A DNA stretch of 64,000 nucleotides, taken from assembly GCF_009914755.1 (NCBI RefSeq), contig NC_060927.1. The stretch is one strand, 5' to 3'. The position numbers and the translations under genes were made by a program. The stretch is from the human T2T-CHM13v2.0 reference genome, Homo sapiens. Below, piece after piece: positions 57,963 to 64,000 of this stretch. A model generated the notes under the pieces. It saw only the letters and a list, made by a program, of their open reading frames with translations, was not told the DNA's origin and searched no databases. Positions within the stretch are counted from its first letter, which is position 1, and each line of letters opens with the position of its first letter.

Positions 57963-58608
57963 TGTCAGAGGCATTTGAAACAGAGTGACATCATCTTGAA
58001 TAGGGGCTGGGTAAAATTAGGTTGAGGTCTGCTGGGCTGCAATCCCAGGGGGTTAGGCATTCTTAGTCACAGGATGAGATAGAAGGTCAGCACAAGATGC
58101 AGGTCATGCAGACACTGACCTGATAAAATAGGATGCAATCGAAAAGCAGGCCAAAACCCACCAAATTCAAGATTGCGCTGAAAGTCACCTCCGGCCATCC
58201 TCACTGCCCATTGTAAGCTAATTGTAATGTATTAGCACACTAAAAGACACTCCCGCCAGCATCATGACAGTTTACAAATGCCATGGCAACCTCTGAAAGT
58301 TACCCTGTGTAGTCTTAAAGGAGGAGAAACCCTCAGTTCCTCTAATTTCCCACCCCTTTCCAAGGAAACTCATGAAAAATCCACCCCTTGTTTAGCATAT
58401 GATTAAGAAATAACCATAAACACAGCCAACCAGCAGCCCTCAGGGCTGCTCAGCCTATGGAGTAGCCATACTTGTATTCCTTTATTTTCTTAACAAATTT
58501 GCTTTCACTTAATTCTGTTGGCTCACTCTTGAATTCCTTCCTGGGCAAAGCCATGGACCCATGTGGCCTCCCAGGCTGAAACTCAATTCTAGGTTTCAAC
58601 CTGTGACA
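57963..58608 (+). mobile_element. MER41B-like solo LTR (ERV1)
   Basis: tgtcagaggcatttgaa...ctgtgaca; contains the MER41B-type segment that normally carries tandem GAS motifs; TSD cttg/cctg. Confidence 0.82.
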
Positions 58609-58779
58609 CCTGTATAATTTATAACTCCTGCCTGTATATGATTGTTTAGCTGAGCTGTTCGTTAAGTCCATTAACTACTATAACAACATAAACTCAGATT
58701 TATTGGCACTACTGTTTGCTTTGCTAAGACATGGAGATTGAGAAGAAAGGATTCTCTGGAAGGCAAAGGTTGTAGAAAC

Positions 58780-59398
58780 TGTTGGGACTCAGAAAAATTA
58801 TGCCCCAGAATATGGCACTTTTGTTACGCTGAGTGCTTTGAACTAAAGGAGAAACAAGGCCTCTCTGACCTTCTCTGTTCCCCTAGTCTCTTGCTCCTCT
58901 TTCCCTCCCAAAGCAGGCATGAAGAGGCTCTCTCTAAAGTTCCCTTAACTCACTAAAGAAAGTTCCTGTGAAAGGAATGCAATTGTCATGAGGCCCCTCC
59001 TTACAATAATATCATCAAATAGCGAAGATTAAGTAACAGGAAAGGAGAAAAAAGATTGACACTACCTATTCTTCTGTGGACTGCTACCTGAGAAACTTCA
59101 TCTGCACAAAAACAGCATTTGTTCCTCATGTGTTTCTTCCCTTCAGCACCCCATAACCTGTGGCCGCCTGACTCTAGATGTCCCAGTCCCCTATATCTTT
59201 TTGTAGCTGAGGATACTATATAAACTTCAACCACCCAACTCTTCTGGGAGTCTCATACTTTGTAGGACCCACGTGCATATCCACATAATAAACTTGTGGT
59301 ATCTTTTCTCTTGTTAATATATCTGCTGTCAATTTATTCCAGAGACTCAAATTGTCAAACTTTCAGAGGGTGGAAGGAAAATTCCCCTCACCCCTATA
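58780..59398 (+). mobile_element. MER39-like solo LTR (ERV1)
   Basis: tgttgggactcagaaaa...gctgagtgctttgaactaaagg start; TATA-like tatataa and AATAAA inside. Confidence 0.65.
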
Positions 59399-59799
59399 AA
59401 ACTATCAATTTTATTGTCTTCTGAGGTTCAGCTCCAATCATAGCTTTAGCATGAGATATCTCTAACAGACATCCCACATGTCCTTTGAACACACATTTGC
59501 TCTGAAAAGGAAGAATTCAAGATAAAAATTTGGGCAGTAGTGTCTGGAAACACATTTCCTTAAAAAAAAAAAACTCACTGTTAATTCACAAATGCCTATT
59601 TATCTCTAACCATGTGACTATCATGTTACGAGGTTTAAAATCATTCAAGAAGTTGTGTTCCTTATTGAAAAGAGCCTATCACTAGGACTCAGAATGCCTA
59701 GATCTAATCTATGATGCACTACTCACAAATATTATGACATTGGATGAGTTCTGATGTTTTTATCTTGTTTCTCTCCCAATGTTTTTCCTTGTATTTCAG

Positions 59800-60605
59800 A
59801 TTGACAGTACAATGAACAGTTGTCTGCGGAGTATCACATGTGGTTTTGACCAATGCTCATGCCATTTAAGATTAGAATCTGGCCACGCAGATGTGGTCAG
59901 ACATAGAACAGGATGAGGCACACACTTAGTTAGGTCCAGCTTGGTCCCAGACTCTTCAATGGGGAAGGATATATTGCAGAAGAAAAAATTGCCTGGTGGC
60001 TTTTTTTTTTTCTTTTCTGAGATGGAGTCTTGCTCTGTTGTGCCAGCTGGAGTGCAGTGGCGCAATCTCGGCTCACTGCAACCTCCGCCTCCTGGGCTCA
60101 AGAGATTCTCCTACCATAGCTGGAATTACAGGCATGCGCCACCATACCCGGCTCATTTTTGTACTTTTAGTAGAGACGGGGTTTCACCATGTTGCCCAGG
60201 CTGGTCAAGAACTCCTGACCTCAAGTGATCCACCTGCCTCGGCCTCCCAAAGTGTTGGGATTACAGGCGTGAGGCACTGCGCCCTGCCTGGCTGGTGGCT
60301 TTTAAAGGAAACCTGAAGCAAACTTCATCTAGTGAAAGATGGGAATTTGAGAAATAAATATGCTGGTTTCCTTGATCTTCACTGGGGCAACTCTGAAATA
60401 TGTTGCTCACCATCATCCCAGTTCGCTAGAGAGGTTATGTTCCAGTTGCCCACGTTGGTAACTAGCTAGTTAACATATTCTATTGGCATTTTTCCTTTCC
60501 CAGGTACATTTCTCCTACTCACCATTCTCTCGTGGTATTTCCTCCCAAATAAACTCCTTTGACTTGGATCCTTCTGCTTCTGCAGAAAGCAAATTTATAC
60601 AATGT
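59800..60605 (+). mobile_element. LTR16-like ERVL LTR interrupted by an AluS at 60001-60292 (-)
   Basis: ttccagttgcccacgttggtaac...ctcccaaataaact...ctgcttctg resembles the LTR16 3' part; Alu TSD ctggtggctttt. Confidence 0.6.
60523..60579 (-). other. UTS2B: Predicted 57-nt non-coding 5'UTR exon of UTS2B within an antisense LTR16-like element
   Basis: On the minus strand: acceptor aatttgctttctgcag (AG at 60581-60580) and consensus donor GTGAGT (60522-60517). Assignment to UTS2B is an inference. Confidence 0.55.
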
Positions 60606-60696
60606 GAATATAATGCTCTCGTATCCTCTTTAACCTCAAATTCTATTGTACAGAAACTCACCAAACACTAGCTATTTTTATATTGATTGTCATTTT

Positions 60697-62280
60697 TTCT
60701 TTTTAAACTTTTAAGTTCAGTGGTACATGTGCAGGATGTGCAGGTTTGTTACATAGGTAAAAGTGTGTCATGGGGTTTGTTATACACATTATTTCATCAC
60801 CTAGGTAGTAAGCATATATCCATTAGTTATTTTTCCTGATCCTTTCCCTCCTCCCACCCTCCACCCTCCAACAGGTCCCAGTGTGTGTTGTTCCCCTCTA
60901 TGTGTCCATGTGTTCTCATTATTTAGCTCCCTCTTACAAGTGAGAACATACCATATTTGGTTTTCCTATGTCAGCTTTAGTTTGCTAAGGATAATGATCT
61001 CCAGCTCCATCCATGTCCCTGCGAAGGACATGATCTTGTTCTTTTTCATGGCTGCAGAGTATACCATGGTATATATGTACATTTTATCCAGTCTATTATT
61101 GATGGGCATTTAGGTTGATTCCATGTCTTTGCTACTGTGAATACTGCTGCAATAAACATATGCATGCATGTGTCTATATAACAGAATGATTTATATGTTT
61201 TTGGGTATATACCTAGTAATGGGATTGCTGGGTCAAATGGTATTTTGTCTTTAGGTCTGTGAGGAATCGCCACACTGTCTTCCACAATGGTTGAACTAAT
61301 GTACACTCCCACCAACAGTGTATAAGTGTTCCTTTTTCTCCAGAACATCACCAGCATCTATTATTTTTTGACATTTTAATAATAGCCATTCTGACTGGCA
61401 TGAGATGGTATCTCATTGTAGTTTTGATTTTCATTTCTCTAATGATCAGTGATGTTGAGCTTCTTTGCATATAATTCTTGGCCACATGCATGTCTTCTTT
61501 GAGAAGTGTCTATTCAGGTCCTTTGCTCATTTTTTTAATGGGGTTGTTTTCTTGTAAATTTGTTTAAATTCCTTATAGATGCTGGATATTAGACCTTTGT
61601 CAAATGCATAGTTTGCAAAAATTTTTCTCCCATTATGTAGGTTATTTACTCTGTTGATAGTTTCTTTTGTTGTGCTGTGCAGAAGCTTCTTAGTTTAATT
61701 AGATCCCATTTGTCAATTTTTTCTTTTGTTGCAGTTGCTTTTGGTGTCTTTGTCATCAAACCTTTGCCCATGCCTATGTCCTGAATGGTATTGCCTAGGT
61801 TGTCTTTCAGGGTTTTTATAGTTTTGAGTTTTCCATTTATATCTTTAATCCATCTTGAGTTAATTTTTGTGTACGCAGTAAGGAAGGGCCCAGTTTCAAT
61901 TTTCTGCATACGGCTAGTCAGTTATTCCAGCACCATTTATTAAATAAGACTTTTTTCCCCGTTGCTTTTTTTTGGGGGGTCAGGTTTGTCAAAGATCAGA
62001 TAGTTGTAGGTGTGCAGTCTAATTTCTATGTTCTCTATTCTGTTCCATTGGTCTATGTGTCTGTTCTTGTACCACTACCATGCTGTTTTGATTACTGTTG
62101 CCCTGTGGTACAGTTTGAAGTCGCTGAGTGTGATGCCTCCAGCTTTGTTCTTTTTGCTTAGGATTGCTGTGGCTATTCGGGCTCTTTTCTGCTTCCATGT
62201 GAATTTTAAAATAGTTTTCTCTAGTGCTGTGAAGAATGTCAATGGTAGTTTAATGGAAATAGTATTGAATGTATACATTG
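60697..62280 (-). mobile_element. 5'-truncated L1PA (L1PA13-16-like) 3' end
   Basis: Reverse L1 3'UTR and ORF2 C-terminal remnants ([36 protein letters not shown]). Confidence 0.92.
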
Positions 62281-62652
62281 GTTTTTCTTTTCCCTCACCA
62301 TTTAAGATAAAGGAAGACTACATTGCTTCAAAGACATAAAAAGCACAAGTTAACTTCAGAGATATATTTAACTGGCTCACTGATTTCATCATTTATAATT
62401 AGGTATAATGAGGATTGAACCCTACCACATTTTATAATTTTCAAATAGTCCATCATCTATTTTATAGTTTATATTTATCATTTTAATCCCTCCTTCCCAA
62501 AATGACATACAATAGCAACCAGATTTCATTTTACTTTCAAAAATTGCCTAATACAGCACAGAGACATTTATAATGGTTCAGAAGACCTGCCTTGGAGTTC
62601 TTAAGCTGCTCTAACACTAAGTAGTTTACTATATTAAGGAGAGGAATGGTAA

Positions 62653-63011
<359 letters not shown>

Positions 63012-63829
63012 TAACCCCTTCCAAAACCTTGGTTCACCTCTGGCAGCGCATGAAAGGTGGGTTACTTACAGGAATGAGAGTACAGCCCGTGTAATTAAAC
63101 AAAAGAAAGGTTCATAGGCAATATGTGAAGAGAAAGAAACAGCAATATTCACTCCCCAGTTTATTAATGAATGCCTAGACAGGCTCTGAGTTACTTTATG
63201 TATGCAGAGCTCTGTTCCTAGCACTCTGTGTGAATATAGAATCATAGATCCTTGGAAACTGAATGTACCTTGAATCCTTAGCTTGACATTAAAGATTCTC
63301 CATGACCCAGACTCAATCCGTCTATACATCTCCTCACCAACTGAATTTCCCTGTGACCTTCCTATTCTAGTACAAGGCATCTTAGCTTGAGACCTTTAGA
63401 AAAAAAAAACCTAAGGCAAAATTATATGCTATTGCTTTATTGAAAGGCACAAAGAAGCATAAGAGGAAAACGAAAAGTGGAGCATGGACAAAGGAAAAGC
63501 AAATACAACATCATGTGTTTCTGTGTTGGCTGCAGTCTCATGTATAAACAATCGATTGCCGAGTCCTGCAGGATAAATTTGGACTGGCTATAAGAGATCA
63601 GTTCATGATGGGTAGGACGTTCAGAGGATTCTCTCTGGCTTCCGTCTCATGTTTTGTAACTGACTAGTCTACCTCATGGAGTGTTAACTTTCCTGCACTT
63701 TCAGCCTGTGTTATTCTCCTCCCTGCTCTAGGCATCCAGCAGGGAATCTGGAATCTCCTCAAGTTTGTTCTACCAATACACCATTGCAGTGGTCTCTCTT
63801 CTTTGTCAGTCAGCACCTTATGTAGGTGC

Positions 63830-64000
63830 TTTTTCTTTTTTCTTTTCTTTTCTTTTTCTTCTCTTTTTTTTTTTTTTGAGTCAGAGTCTCGCTCCGTTGC
63901 CCAGGCTGGAGTGTAGTGGCACAATCTCAGCTCACCACAACCTCTGCCTCCCGGGTTAAAGCAATTCTCCTGCCTCAGTCTCCCAAGTAGCTGGGACTTT
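63830..64000 (-). mobile_element. Alu cut by the window edge
   Basis: Poly(T) followed by the reverse right arm. Confidence 0.88.

Overview
Primate (very likely human) genomic DNA, AT-rich and dense in transposable elements, holding the facing 3' ends of two peptide-hormone genes. On the + strand are the last coding exon of osteocrin/musclin (OSTN; ...[27 protein letters not shown]) and a predicted ~2.7 kb 3'UTR exon. On the - strand is the complete five-exon, 119-aa CDS of the urotensin II-related peptide precursor (UTS2B; ends KR-ACFWKYCV*), with one predicted 5'UTR exon. The rest is repeats: an ~8.3 kb ERV1 provirus in the OSTN 3'UTR intron, an ERVK-type solo LTR in the UTS2B 3'UTR, a full MST MaLR provirus, MER41B/MER39/LTR47/LTR16-like LTRs, L1s, L2s and ~30 Alus including one AluYa5. 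Nearly all ORFs in the supplied track are repeat-derived or chance. I found no new protein-coding system. The most interesting leads are TE effects on UTS2B (uORF from an LTR-derived exon, LTR in the 3'UTR, a possible Alu-driven in-frame mini-precursor) and small rearrangement scars. Repeat subfamily names come from recalled consensus sequences and need RepeatMasker/Dfam confirmation; repeat boundaries are approximate.
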